From sequence record NC_061448.1: a stretch of 64,000 bases of DNA. The stretch is one strand, 5' to 3'. A program made the position numbers and the translations under genes. Shown piece by piece: positions 24,896 to 34,464 of the stretch. The stretch's first letter is position 1. Every line of letters begins with the position of its first letter. The notes under the pieces were generated by a model. That model did not search any database and was not told the DNA's origin. It saw only the letters and a program-made list of their open reading frames with translations.

Positions 24896-26659
24896 TTAAA
24901 ACGCTTTACGTTCAACATTTGAATATAAAGTTTCATACGGCTCAGAGTACAGTTCAGGACCGCGTTGAGCGCGTACAGTCACGTAACCAGTGTGACGGTT
25001 GAACGCAGTGATTTCGACTGTAGGCTGTTTAGGCTTGAGGGTCGCATAAATCGGAGCGTTAAGCGTTGGTTCGTCTGTCTGAATCTTATTTACAGATTGC
25101 AGCGCAGCACCAGACAGCGTTGGCAGCTTGAATCGCAGTTCAGCACGTTTCTGACCGAACGCAGCGCGAATCATACCGTTCTCTAACTGCACACCGTTCT
25201 GCTTGAGATACGCAGCGATGCGACGGCCGATACCAGTAAGCTGATCGCGAGTACGAGGGTCGAACGTACCTTCGAAGCTGATTGCTTCTGCTGGTTGACG
25301 CACAGACAGATGCAGGCCGGTATTGAAGTAGCCTTCGGTCAATAGACGCAGCACTTCTTTAACGACCTCTTTCGTGTTCTGACCGATAGCAGCAACGCGC
25401 AGTTCAGGCACGTCTACTTTCACAGGGTCACGCAGTTCAGTCTGGTTGTCCATGTAGCCGAGAGACACATGCTTCGCGTTGGTGTACGTATGCTGCAACA
25501 CACCAGTAGCGCGAATCAATACAGAGCCGCTCTTAGCGAGGTCATACAGTTCATCGCTGGTGGTTGTGCTGAACAGGTAGTAGTCTGTAGGCACTGCCAT
25601 GCGATTGACAGCTTCGACCGCTTTCGTCTGAACTTCTTTCACAGTCTTACCGAAGACAACACGACTACGGTTAGGCTGAGAAGCAGATACAGGGAAGAAC
25701 GCACCGTAGACAGCCTGCACGTTTTTCTTAATAGGCTGCTCAGAAGGAACCTTCTTGCCGCCCGCCAGTGGAGGCAGCTTAACGCCCACCAGCTTGCCTT
25801 TAACGATGTGCTTGTTCTCTTTGACAGGCTTGAGCGAGTCAACGAGTTTAGCCAGCGACGCACCATCAAGAATCTTCTCAAGCGGAACAACGAGGTTCTG
25901 CGGCAGATAGTGTTTCTTGCGATACGTATAGATGACGGTATCTTTCTTGATCTGCAAAGGCGTTGCCATATTGCGACCAACTACACCGACAGGCTGGAAC
26001 GTGTTTGCTTTGTCATCAGCGATTGAACCAAACTGTTTAGTGAACTCAGTCTGACCAATGATGTTAGCAACACGCAGATGACCACGAACGATAAACACAA
26101 TCTTCGGTTCATCTTTCAGGCGCAGCTCGTAACGGTCACGGTTCAGATAAACCATGCTGTACTTGTCGCCCTTCTCCAGCTCAAGGTCATACTCGTCGTT
26201 AGCATCATCGACAACGACTTTCTTACCCTGATATGTAACGTAAGTGCGAGCACCAGCAGACTCGGACGCAATCTCCATAGCCTTGCCAGTGTTAGACAGT
26301 GACGCTGCGAAGTCACGCACGGCTGGCATCAGATCGAATGAAGACGACACAGCATACGGTTCGCGCTTATCGCCCAGATGCAGATGCACAGCACTGGTGC
26401 TGGACATGAAGACGGTAGTACCTACATCTTCGTGCTTGCCAGCAAAGTTCATGCCGCTGATACGTTCGATGATGTTGGCATTCAGTGATTCGAAGCGAAC
26501 ATCGCTACCAGCAGCGAAGTCAAAGATTTCACCGTGACGCCAAGCATAGGCCACGTTGTTCGAACTAAGTCCGACAAACGCATCACCAATCTGACTGACG
26601 GTTAACGGCATGATACTCAAATCACGAATGATCGAGGACTGCTTTTTAATGAGGTTCAT
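24896..26659 (-). CDS. Hypothetical protein (587 aa), probable head-internal protein
   Basis: Long ORF; internal IASESA motif followed by a domain shared with three other proteins in the window. Confidence 0.7.
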   Translation of the reverse strand: MNLIKKQSSIIRDLSIMPLTVSQIGDAFVGLSSNNVAYAWRHGEIFDFAAGSDVRFESLNANIIERISGMNFAGKHEDVGTTVFMSSTSAVHLHLGDKREPYAVSSSFDLMPAVRDFAASLSNTGKAMEIASESAGARTYVTYQGKKVVVDDANDEYDLELEKGDKYSMVYLNRDRYELRLKDEPKIVFIVRGHLRVANIIGQTEFTKQFGSIADDKANTFQPVGVVGRNMATPLQIKKDTVIYTYRKKHYLPQNLVVPLEKILDGASLAKLVDSLKPVKENKHIVKGKLVGVKLPPLAGGKKVPSEQPIKKNVQAVYGAFFPVSASQPNRSRVVFGKTVKEVQTKAVEAVNRMAVPTDYYLFSTTTSDELYDLAKSGSVLIRATGVLQHTYTNAKHVSLGYMDNQTELRDPVKVDVPELRVAAIGQNTKEVVKEVLRLLTEGYFNTGLHLSVRQPAEAISFEGTFDPRTRDQLTGIGRRIAAYLKQNGVQLENGMIRAAFGQKRAELRFKLPTLSGAALQSVNKIQTDEPTLNAPIYATLKPKQPTVEITAFNRHTGYVTVRAQRGPELYSEPYETLYSNVERKAF

Positions 26660-26667
26660 ATAAATCC

Positions 26668-27102
26668 CTAATACGAAACAATGCGGAAGGCGTTCTGCTT
26701 GAGCAGATTGAGATTGCCCAGCATCAAGCTATACGCAAGAGTACCGTGCTGTTCGAGCAGACTGTCAGGTACAAGTGACCCGAAGTAAAGTGCTTTGTCT
26801 GGTCGAGTGTTAATCTCTTCACCAGTAGACTTCATTGCGTCAGGGACAACGAAGCACCACGGTTCAGCAACGTACTTACCTTTGACGTACTGAATCCTAT
26901 AGCCAACAGCCATGTGTTGGTCTTTGGTCGGGCGGTACGAAAAAACATCCGTGTTCTGGTTGCGAGACTTGCGCACAGCGAACAGCGACATAGTGAGGAA
27001 TCGCTGTTCGAACTGTGGGATGAACGCATTGTCTTCGCATATCTTTTTCAGCACCGCCTCTTGTCGAGCTTTTGGCATCGACGAGAACAGGTTTAGATTC
27101 AT
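26668..27102 (-). CDS. Hypothetical protein (144 aa)
   Basis: ORF coupled to tmk by a 4-nt overlap. Confidence 0.7.
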   Translation of the reverse strand: MNLNLFSSMPKARQEAVLKKICEDNAFIPQFEQRFLTMSLFAVRKSRNQNTDVFSYRPTKDQHMAVGYRIQYVKGKYVAEPWCFVVPDAMKSTGEEINTRPDKALYFGSLVPDSLLEQHGTLAYSLMLGNLNLLKQNAFRIVSY

Positions 27103-27713
27103 GACAGCTTGGCGAGAATTTGACGAACAACATCAGACACAGAATTAACCTCAGTGTCGATAACCAAATCAAAGCCGCCCGGCACTTCGAGATAGCGTTG
27201 GTTGTATTGCTCAAACACTTCCTTTGTCTGACGCTTTTCGATACGGTCTTCACCGCCGATGCGAATCTTCCGACGTTCAACAGAAGTTTCATAGCCACAC
27301 GTCAGCAACACCGTCAGGCGATTCTCAGGAGCAAGCGCTTCCCAAGTATGCTGATAAATGTGTGCGTTAACGTCTGACTCACCTGCCTGATAAACGTAAG
27401 TGGAAGGATAACCGCGATCAGCAATAATGATCGTGTCTGGTTCGTTAGCGAGAATGCGCTCATACGCAGTCATCGTTGAAGAACGTGCCGCGAGAAAGAG
27501 CAGCAGTTCGGTACGCGGGTCCATACCCTCGTTAAGAGAGTTTGAATTGGACAGCAGAACATCACGAATGTGTTCGGCGAGCGGCGTACCACCAGGCTCA
27601 CGTAAGCGCAGAGTCTTCGCGCCACGTTGCGTCAGTATTTCAGACAGAGCAGTACACACAGTAGATTTGCCGCTACCTTCGGGGCCTTCGACTAAGAGAT
27701 AGGTTGAGTTCAT
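27099..27713 (-). CDS. tmk: Thymidylate (dTMP) kinase
   Basis: P-loop EGPEGSGKST, REPGGT, ELLLFLAAR, DRGYPSTYVYQ. Confidence 0.95.
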   Translation of the reverse strand: MNSTYLLVEGPEGSGKSTVCTALSEILTQRGAKTLRLREPGGTPLAEHIRDVLLSNSNSLNEGMDPRTELLLFLAARSSTMTAYERILANEPDTIIIADRGYPSTYVYQAGESDVNAHIYQHTWEALAPENRLTVLLTCGYETSVERRKIRIGGEDRIEKRQTKEVFEQYNQRYLEVPGGFDLVIDTEVNSVSDVVRQILAKLS

Positions 27714-27722
27714 AATGAGTCC

Positions 27723-28214
27723 TTAGGCAAATCGCCCACCACGCCATGCGGCCTTAATGAGCAATTTCGCCACGATTTCGTTCTTCATTGTCTTTCGCTT
27801 GGCGTTGCTTCTGACAAATGCAGAGCCGAACTTATTCACGACAATCAGACCACAACCGAGTTCTTTGATACGCTCGATAATGCGTTCGCCGTGAGATTCA
27901 AACAACTGTTCATCAATGATGAAGTACATACGCATACAGAAAGGCAAATACTTGTGCCACTTCTTATCGGTGTTGAAGTCTGCCCAGCAACTCTTTACCT
28001 CAGTGATAATCATATCGCATTTGGTATTCAGGCAGAACACGTCAGCCCTTAAGTTACCGTGCTTAATCAAACCGAGTTCGACGTGACATGAATAGCGTTT
28101 GTCAATCCAGTAGCGTTGTGCAGCTTCGGTGAGAAATGCCGTCTTATCAGGACGGCTCATTGATTTGAAAACAGCAGTCTGAATGGGTTCAGCTTTGCGC
28201 TGCTTATAGGCCAT
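27723..28214 (-). CDS. MmcB-like PD-(D/E)XK DNA repair nuclease
   Basis: ELGL...LRADVF.L.......EVKSCWADF..DKKW.KYL.FC..MYF is the MmcB-family pattern. Confidence 0.8.
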   Translation of the reverse strand: MAYKQRKAEPIQTAVFKSMSRPDKTAFLTEAAQRYWIDKRYSCHVELGLIKHGNLRADVFCLNTKCDMIITEVKSCWADFNTDKKWHKYLPFCMRMYFIIDEQLFESHGERIIERIKELGCGLIVVNKFGSAFVRSNAKRKTMKNEIVAKLLIKAAWRGGRFA

Positions 28215-28662
28215 ACGAGTCGATAATGTCCAGAGCCTGCTCTACGATAGGACGAAGTTTCTTGTCCACTTTACGCAGAGCTTTATCGGCTTTAAACCAT
28301 TTGCGTTCACGCGTCAGGGCTTCATCGTATTCAGTCAGCATAGTCTTGACTTTCATGATGAACCATTCAACGTGTTGCTCACGGCCGGTTTTGCCTTTGA
28401 CGTAACGCATAATGTCTACGAAGTCTTTCGGCTTACCGAGAACACCAGCTTCTTCCATTGCTTCTTTAAGCGCACTGTCGAGGGGCGTCATTCCTTTTTC
28501 GACTCCGCCTTTCGGCAGACCCCAGTTGCCAGCGTGAGTGGTGCGAATCAGCAGTAGCTCAATCGTACCATCACTTTTCTTTCTGTATGGAATAACGCCT
28601 GACTGCTTGCGAGGTTTCTTCTCGCTAGGCAGCTTGGCAGACAATGATACGTTGATCATCAT
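28204..28662 (-). CDS. NUDIX hydrolase (Ap4A/DIPP-like)
   Basis: WGLPKG and Nudix box GGVEKGMTPLDSALKEAMEEAG. Confidence 0.92.
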   Translation of the reverse strand: MMINVSLSAKLPSEKKPRKQSGVIPYRKKSDGTIELLLIRTTHAGNWGLPKGGVEKGMTPLDSALKEAMEEAGVLGKPKDFVDIMRYVKGKTGREQHVEWFIMKVKTMLTEYDEALTRERKWFKADKALRKVDKKLRPIVEQALDIIDSYGL

Positions 28663-29159
28663 AATGAATCGAGTCCCCGTGGCAGGTCAACATCCCACGA
28701 ACCAGCATTGTCTTTCCACAGGCCCTGATGTTGCAACTCTTTATACGCATCATAGAGAGTCACACGCGCTTGCGGAGAAAGCTCGTTCACGAATCCCGGC
28801 ATGTTGTACGAATACGAACAGCCCGGGAAGTATTGTAGACGACAGGATTCATACGTGTCAAACACGATACGACCTTCTTCGTCTGCAACCACTGAATGCG
28901 ATGCCATGCCACCCTGACCGAGAACAACAATCTCATAGTTAGGATGTTTGTTGTAGACACGTTGAATAAACTCGGCCGCTTCTGCAAACGGTCTTGCTAC
29001 TTGCGCAGCGCGATGACAGTTCTGTTCTACCGCAGACTCAGACAGAGAGCGAGCGCCAGTCAGATTCATAGCCGAGGCAAAGATAAGAGTAGCGAGCGAT
29101 TTAGGCTCGACGGCAGTGGGGAAAAACTTTGTGCCCCACGCTTGAGATAGCGAAAGCAT
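28659..29159 (-). CDS. Hypothetical protein (166 aa), possible papain-like Cys-His-Asp fold
   Basis: QNCH..A, SHSVV and FDT motifs; LSESA motif just before the NCH. Confidence 0.6.
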   Translation of the reverse strand: MLSLSQAWGTKFFPTAVEPKSLATLIFASAMNLTGARSLSESAVEQNCHRAAQVARPFAEAAEFIQRVYNKHPNYEIVVLGQGGMASHSVVADEEGRIVFDTYESCRLQYFPGCSYSYNMPGFVNELSPQARVTLYDAYKELQHQGLWKDNAGSWDVDLPRGLDSL

Positions 29160-29188
29160 GGACGTCTCCTTATACGATAGTCTCAGCT

Positions 29189-29196
29189 AAATTAGC
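29189..29196 (-). promoter_or_regulatory. Candidate late promoter motif GCTAATTT
   Basis: Intergenic, 30 nt upstream of the 166-aa gene. Confidence 0.6.
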
Positions 29197-29197
29197 G

Positions 29198-29488
29198 TCA
29201 GTCGCGCGGACAGTTAAGCACTTGCTTGCGATTCTGCATAAAGTCCTTCGGTGCCGGACCAGAGATAACGACAGCGTGTTTTACACGGTGCTTAGTCGCT
29301 TTCACTGATACATTGCAGCCTGCGTGAGACAGTGCATCGAATGCTTGACGCGCAGCAGGACCGGAAATAACAAGCGTATGCGCGAAGAAGGGCTTACCCA
29401 CCTTCTTCATTGTTCTGCCCATCAGTTCGTAGATATGCTGTGATTCAGCCGCAGTAGGCACTGAACCACACCAGATATCAAACGTCAT
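29198..29488 (-). CDS. Hypothetical protein (96 aa)
   Basis: ORF with a 4-nt overlap to the upstream gene. Confidence 0.65.
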   Translation of the reverse strand: MTFDIWCGSVPTAAESQHIYELMGRTMKKVGKPFFAHTLVISGPAARQAFDALSHAGCNVSVKATKHRVKHAVVISGPAPKDFMQNRKQVLNCPRD

Positions 29489-30210
29489 TTCGTGTTTTCC
29501 TTGATCATAAGGAGACCATTAAAGATACCGAACGTATCAGTGAAATCGCTGAGGACGTTATGGAGACTACCACTATCACCAGGAGCACCGTAAGGATTAA
29601 AAGCTGTGACGTCGATTTGCAGATGCGATGAACTGACGGTATCGCGTCCCTTTTCCGCAAGGAAAATGGTATGGCCAGAAAAACGCTGCTTATCAGTAAT
29701 GAGCACACCCATGTTAGACCACGTACGGGAAGAGGTTTCCAGCACAAAGACAGACGCTTCGAAAAACTCTCGTCCCAGCTCGGGCTTGATGTCCTCAATG
29801 TACTGAGCATCTTCATGGTCAGCAACAACAACGTCCACCGTAATGAAATCAATCGCATCGCGGCGGTTGCGCAGCCAGACTTGCATACAGCGGTCAAAGT
29901 AGTCAGCCAGAGCACAGCAGATGCAGCTATAGTTCGACGGGTCTTTCTTGGCGCGTGGTATGGCTGTAACGCTGCGTTCATTGAATTTCCAACTAATGTG
30001 ATCAGTTACGAGGGTGCCGCCTTGCATCTCAACGTCTTCATCATTAATGAAGAACAGGTTGGTGCGTTGCATAGCGATGTTAGACATTACGTGGAGAGCA
30101 CTGCCCTGTAAGCCCAGCGGATGCTGAATCATAACACGGGCAGTAACCACGCGCGGTACGCCACCATCGAGATATGCAAAATTCATGGTGCGATGTAATA
30201 CAGTGCGCAT
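29485..30210 (-). CDS. Hypothetical protein (241 aa)
   Basis: Long ORF in the operon after the spike gene; AAGGA RBS. Confidence 0.7.
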   Translation of the reverse strand: MRTVLHRTMNFAYLDGGVPRVVTARVMIQHPLGLQGSALHVMSNIAMQRTNLFFINDEDVEMQGGTLVTDHISWKFNERSVTAIPRAKKDPSNYSCICCALADYFDRCMQVWLRNRRDAIDFITVDVVVADHEDAQYIEDIKPELGREFFEASVFVLETSSRTWSNMGVLITDKQRFSGHTIFLAEKGRDTVSSSHLQIDVTAFNPYGAPGDSGSLHNVLSDFTDTFGIFNGLLMIKENTK

Positions 30211-30220
30211 GATGCGTCCT

Positions 30221-31009
30221 TTAGTTCAGGTTGATTGTCTGTCCATTTACAGATACGTCCTGACCCGCTTCAATGCTAACAGCACCTTTCACATCAAGCG
30301 TGTCATCGCCTTTAATCTTGGTAACGCGACTACCACCTATCTCAACAGTCTGATTACCCGTGATTTTCGTATACTGGTTGCCAGCATCGTTCTTAGGCGT
30401 GCCTTTAAACTTGATGCGTTTCTTCGGGTCAGGCTTCAAGTTCTTAGGCGTCATCGTGGGGTCATTCAGAATGTAATCAGGAATATCATTCTTCGAGCCT
30501 GTGATGACCAGCTGTTGGTTGCCAACAATCGTCTGATTAACGTCACCCATGATTGTCATGTTGAAGTCACCAGACGTTACGAGGAAATGCTCGTTAGTCA
30601 TGCGGTCGATAATCAACTGCGTACCTGTAGACAGACGCACACCTATGCGATGCGGGTAGTTGACGAGGAACTCAGGCAGAATGTCTGCTTTCGTCATACG
30701 CACGTTCGTTGTGTACATGCCCTCATGCAACTGACCAGTAGGGAATTTCACGCTCACCTTAGCACCACGAGTAGGGATGAATGATGCACCGAACACGACG
30801 CCAGTTGAACCACCTTTCAGCCCTTCGAGATGACCAACAGCAGGACGAATCCACGGAACCATATCGTCAGCTATGTCGTCATACAGACCCATAACACGCG
30901 CACGAATCTGACCTATTTGCTGAGGGTCGTTATTGTCTATAACGATTGCCTCATACTCCATTTGAGGGTCGATACCTTTCTTGGAGTTAACCGTATTGAG
31001 TGGAATCAT
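30221..31009 (-). CDS. Baseplate central spike, gp5/VgrG-like (OB-fold plus beta-helix), no lysozyme domain (262 aa)
   Basis: VIDNNDPQQIGQIRARV, PW.RP, P.RGAKVSVKF..G; C-terminal I.GNQTVEIGGSR...IKGDD repeats. Confidence 0.85.
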   Translation of the reverse strand: MIPLNTVNSKKGIDPQMEYEAIVIDNNDPQQIGQIRARVMGLYDDIADDMVPWIRPAVGHLEGLKGGSTGVVFGASFIPTRGAKVSVKFPTGQLHEGMYTTNVRMTKADILPEFLVNYPHRIGVRLSTGTQLIIDRMTNEHFLVTSGDFNMTIMGDVNQTIVGNQQLVITGSKNDIPDYILNDPTMTPKNLKPDPKKRIKFKGTPKNDAGNQYTKITGNQTVEIGGSRVTKIKGDDTLDVKGAVSIEAGQDVSVNGQTINLN

Positions 31010-32901
31010 TTGTTCACCCGTGGTAAATACATTTCGAGTTTCTCACCGTCAGGCGTACCGTTCTTACTTGAACCATCGACAGTACCATCACCGAGAGAGC
31101 ACAAGAAGTTACGCAGGTTCTCTTCCTGTTGACGAATGAGTTGCGCGAGGTTAGTGCTAGGTCCCATCAGCTTACTGATAGACAGTGCATCGAGGCACTT
31201 ATCAGGCAGAGCATCAGTCAGCATACGGTTCATGTCATCGATCTTATTCGAGACACAACGCTGATTGATTTGAGGACCATCAAGATACTCTGCTGGGATA
31301 TCACCGTTAGCTATCAGACTGTTCACGTCACCAGTGAATCCACCGAGCATGTTTTCCATAGCGTCGATGCGTCCGGCAAGAGAGCCTAGTATGCTGCCTT
31401 TGTAGTTGATTGCCAGATTGACACTCAGCTTCTCAAGGCTGTTCAGTGCGTTACAGATACCGGTCAGGTACTTGGCCATGTTGAACTCTTGCATCAAGCT
31501 ATTCAGATAGTCAGCACCTTCACCGTACTTAGCAGCCAGCTCAGGGAACTTGAACATCTCGCTATCAGTCTGGAACTGGTCGAGCATTACGTCAAGCTGT
31601 AAGGTGTGTTGCTGTGCAATCCAGTCGATAGGGTTCGAACCGTCAAGCGCCTGTTTGATATTCGCGTTAATCTGGAACGGACGCAGCACGTTAGCGACAG
31701 TAGCCAGAGGCGTTTGAATGATGTTCGAGCCACCACCAATGTTCGACGTACCTTCAACAGGAGTGAAGTTGCGACTCAGCAGGAATGCTTCGCTGTACAT
31801 GCCGCCCACAAACACGCGAGTACGACCGATGACAAGCCACTTGCCTGATACCTTGATATCGGTTTCAACCTGACGCTGACCGTTAATAACACCAGCAGAC
31901 ACGTCAACAATATCGAACAGGTCTACTTCTGGACAGCCACCAAGTATGAGTGCGCGAGCAGTCTCGGTGTACGTCATCGACTGACGCTTGTTCGAGTAGA
32001 ACGCATGAAGATATTTGTTATGCGTGTTGATATCGTTCGAAGGCCGAGCATACTGCTTACGCGTACCTGCAATATCACCGCGTGTGTCGCTGTTAATGTT
32101 CAGAGGGTCAGTGCTCTTAACAGACACAGACGAAAGCTCATTGGTCTTTCCATCAGAGTCTGTCCACAACAACTTCTCGCCGTAGTTCGACATGCCATTG
32201 AACACACCGCTCATGGACTTAGGACGAAACTCGTGCAGGTTATACAGAGGCGTATCGCCAGTTGGCTTGTGGTTGAACAGCCAGTACGCTTTCGGGTCGT
32301 TTTCGAATAGCTTGTTAATGTCACGCACTACCATGCGCTTATCAGCAGTGATAAACATCTTGGGCAGCGCTTCTTCGGACACCCACATGTGCTGTTCGAT
32401 TTCATGCGCGAACTTCTTCGGGCTACACGCAGCAGATACCCAGCTCATTATGTCTGAGGTCTGTATGTCACCGAAGTCAGGCGTTAGACCGCCGAACGAT
32501 GCAACTTGTTTGAGAGCGTCGATAGAAGTACCGCGTATGCTAAAGCTGCGGGTATCGAAGATGAAGGCGGGTGCGTCGAGAATACACAGCACGTTAAGCA
32601 TTGGTGTATTACCTTCACCGTACTCCCTTACTGCGAAGACAGAGAACGTAAGCGTTGACGCTGACTCTTGGTCAGGGCCCATCACCATAGTTATCTTAGT
32701 GCCGTCCACAATCGCGTGAGTGGATCGTAGTACGTTCGTCTGATCAGAGAATACTATCAGAGCGCAGGGTACAGCAAAGGTGTTTTCGTAGACGTGAACA
32801 GAACGAATCAAGTTAGGCATAGACGGCGGTGCTTTGCCGTCCAACAGTAGCCCAAAATAACCTTGATCCTTCACGCCACCAGAAGATGCGTGATCAGACA
32901 T
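31006..32901 (-). CDS. Baseplate hub protein, gp27-like, with C-terminal helical extension (631 aa)
   Basis: Directly precedes the gp5-like gene; SVHVYEN...P.A.IVFSD start and SGKWLVIG strand typical of hub/late control D proteins. Confidence 0.7.
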   Translation of the reverse strand: MSDHASSGGVKDQGYFGLLLDGKAPPSMPNLIRSVHVYENTFAVPCALIVFSDQTNVLRSTHAIVDGTKITMVMGPDQESASTLTFSVFAVREYGEGNTPMLNVLCILDAPAFIFDTRSFSIRGTSIDALKQVASFGGLTPDFGDIQTSDIMSWVSAACSPKKFAHEIEQHMWVSEEALPKMFITADKRMVVRDINKLFENDPKAYWLFNHKPTGDTPLYNLHEFRPKSMSGVFNGMSNYGEKLLWTDSDGKTNELSSVSVKSTDPLNINSDTRGDIAGTRKQYARPSNDINTHNKYLHAFYSNKRQSMTYTETARALILGGCPEVDLFDIVDVSAGVINGQRQVETDIKVSGKWLVIGRTRVFVGGMYSEAFLLSRNFTPVEGTSNIGGGSNIIQTPLATVANVLRPFQINANIKQALDGSNPIDWIAQQHTLQLDVMLDQFQTDSEMFKFPELAAKYGEGADYLNSLMQEFNMAKYLTGICNALNSLEKLSVNLAINYKGSILGSLAGRIDAMENMLGGFTGDVNSLIANGDIPAEYLDGPQINQRCVSNKIDDMNRMLTDALPDKCLDALSISKLMGPSTNLAQLIRQQEENLRNFLCSLGDGTVDGSSKNGTPDGEKLEMYLPRVNK

Positions 32902-32903
32902 GA

Positions 32904-33368
32904 TTAGCCCTCAGCGTCAAGCTCAATCGCAATGGCTTTCAGTTTAGCAGCGAGCAGCTTAATGTCGGCAGACTTCGCTTGCATATTGAAACCACCACGA
33001 CCGGGCTTGATTTCAGAATCGTTTTTGGTGTTGTACCACTTACGCACTTCTACGACACGGTTACCGGCATCATCAGTAGCGAGGTCAACAGACAGGAAGC
33101 CGTGAGCACCAATCTGAATACGAAACATCTCAGGCTCAGAAGTCTCTTTACGAGTTTTCTTCTTAGCTTTCTGAGGCTTCTCTTCTTTCAGATCTTTCTT
33201 GAAGTTATCCCACCCTTCACGGACTGGGTTCTTCTTGGCCTTCTTCGCTTTAGCCGCTTTCAATTCAGCAGCCTGTTCGTCGAGAGGCTTATCACGCTTC
33301 TTTTTCTTTAAGCTGTCTTTGATCTTCTTCGCTTTCACGCCTACGATTTTGCCGTTAACCATTGCCAT
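32904..33368 (-). CDS. PC4-like single-stranded DNA-binding protein with Lys-rich N-terminus (154 aa)
   Basis: FLSVDL.....NRVVEVRKWY......IKPGRGGFNM matches the PC4 (p15) signature. Confidence 0.7.
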   Translation of the reverse strand: MAMVNGKIVGVKAKKIKDSLKKKKRDKPLDEQAAELKAAKAKKAKKNPVREGWDNFKKDLKEEKPQKAKKKTRKETSEPEMFRIQIGAHGFLSVDLATDDAGNRVVEVRKWYNTKNDSEIKPGRGGFNMQAKSADIKLLAAKLKAIAIELDAEG

Positions 33369-33661
33369 TAGATTTGCGTCCTCTTAACTTGTTTTATTGC
33401 AGCAGACGGACGCTTCATGGGTATTGCCATAAGCATACCAGCTTGCATCTCAGAGGGATGCAGCAGGGCGTTAGCGATAAGCAGCAACACCCAGTTAGCG
33501 TTCGAGCCATATTTATTGTGCGACAAGAGTTGAGGGTTTCCCTCCATCGAAGCATCAATGCGCACAGGGTTATCGTAGATAGCCGTGTCAACGTCATCAA
33601 ACACTTTCATGGTCAGAGGGTCAATTCCCCACTTGTCAATCACTGCGATTGTTTCAGCCAT
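33368..33661 (-). CDS. Baseplate wedge protein, gp53/LysM-like (97 aa)
   Basis: PQLLSHNKYG....WVLLLIAN.LLHP.EM.AGM.MAIP. Confidence 0.8.
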   Translation of the reverse strand: MAETIAVIDKWGIDPLTMKVFDDVDTAIYDNPVRIDASMEGNPQLLSHNKYGSNANWVLLLIANALLHPSEMQAGMLMAIPMKRPSAAIKQVKRTQI

Positions 33662-34452
33662 TTCTTCAAGTCCTCTCGCGTTACTGCGAAGTAGCTACTG
33701 ACCTGCAAGATGAAGTCAACGCTGATAGGGTTACCCGTCCCGTCTTCCCATACGTTATCGAAGTTAGCGCTTACGCTATCAATGACGCACGGACTCATTG
33801 AGAAGAAATTACCAATATCAACGAAGAACGCTTCACTGTCCTCGAGGACATTACCGATTGCGGCGTTAGCCGCATCAGCACCCCCGCCACCAGCAGCTAG
33901 TGTCATCGTTTCCATACTGACTGCCTTTAACGGGCTTGGACCCGGAGGCAACAGCAGACCGCCATTCTCAGACGGAGCACACAGCGACAGCAGCGCGATG
34001 GTCGTGTCAACAACTTCGGTCTTCGTATCAGAGTACGCATCAACGAAGATAGGGAGGTCGATTGAAAGATAACTCGGACCTCCCCACACGCGAGCACTCG
34101 CCAGTTTGTGCATTGAACTTGCACCAGCGAAGCGCAGAGCTTTATCAGCAGCCTGAGCAGTGTTAGCAATGAACTGACCGGCAGCACCAGCAGGGCCACC
34201 CATGCCAGCAAGAGCATTACCGCCTTTCTCTGCAAGGTCTGCAACAGTCGTGTTAGCGAACGGTGCATCCCATTGCGAAGACAGGCTGAACGAGAAGTCA
34301 GGCGGAATGAATCCCGTGAACTTGATTGTGCCACTTTTGTTGTAGATCTTAACGCGGTACATGTTATCAACAGAGATAACGTCATCGCGTGATCGTGTAG
34401 TACCAACAGCAGTAGCTTGCCCACCATCGGCGGGCATGAGATAGTTAGCCAC
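33640..34452 (-). CDS. Tail tube initiator / baseplate tube cap, gp48/gp54-like (270 aa)
   Basis: GTG start with AAGGAG; tube-like fold motifs; lies between the tape measure and gp53-like genes. Confidence 0.6.
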   Translation of the reverse strand: MANYLMPADGGQATAVGTTRSRDDVISVDNMYRVKIYNKSGTIKFTGFIPPDFSFSLSSQWDAPFANTTVADLAEKGGNALAGMGGPAGAAGQFIANTAQAADKALRFAGASSMHKLASARVWGGPSYLSIDLPIFVDAYSDTKTEVVDTTIALLSLCAPSENGGLLLPPGPSPLKAVSMETMTLAAGGGGADAANAAIGNVLEDSEAFFVDIGNFFSMSPCVIDSVSANFDNVWEDGTGNPISVDFILQVSSYFAVTREDLKKWLKQSQ

Positions 34453-34464
34453 ACAAACTCCTTA

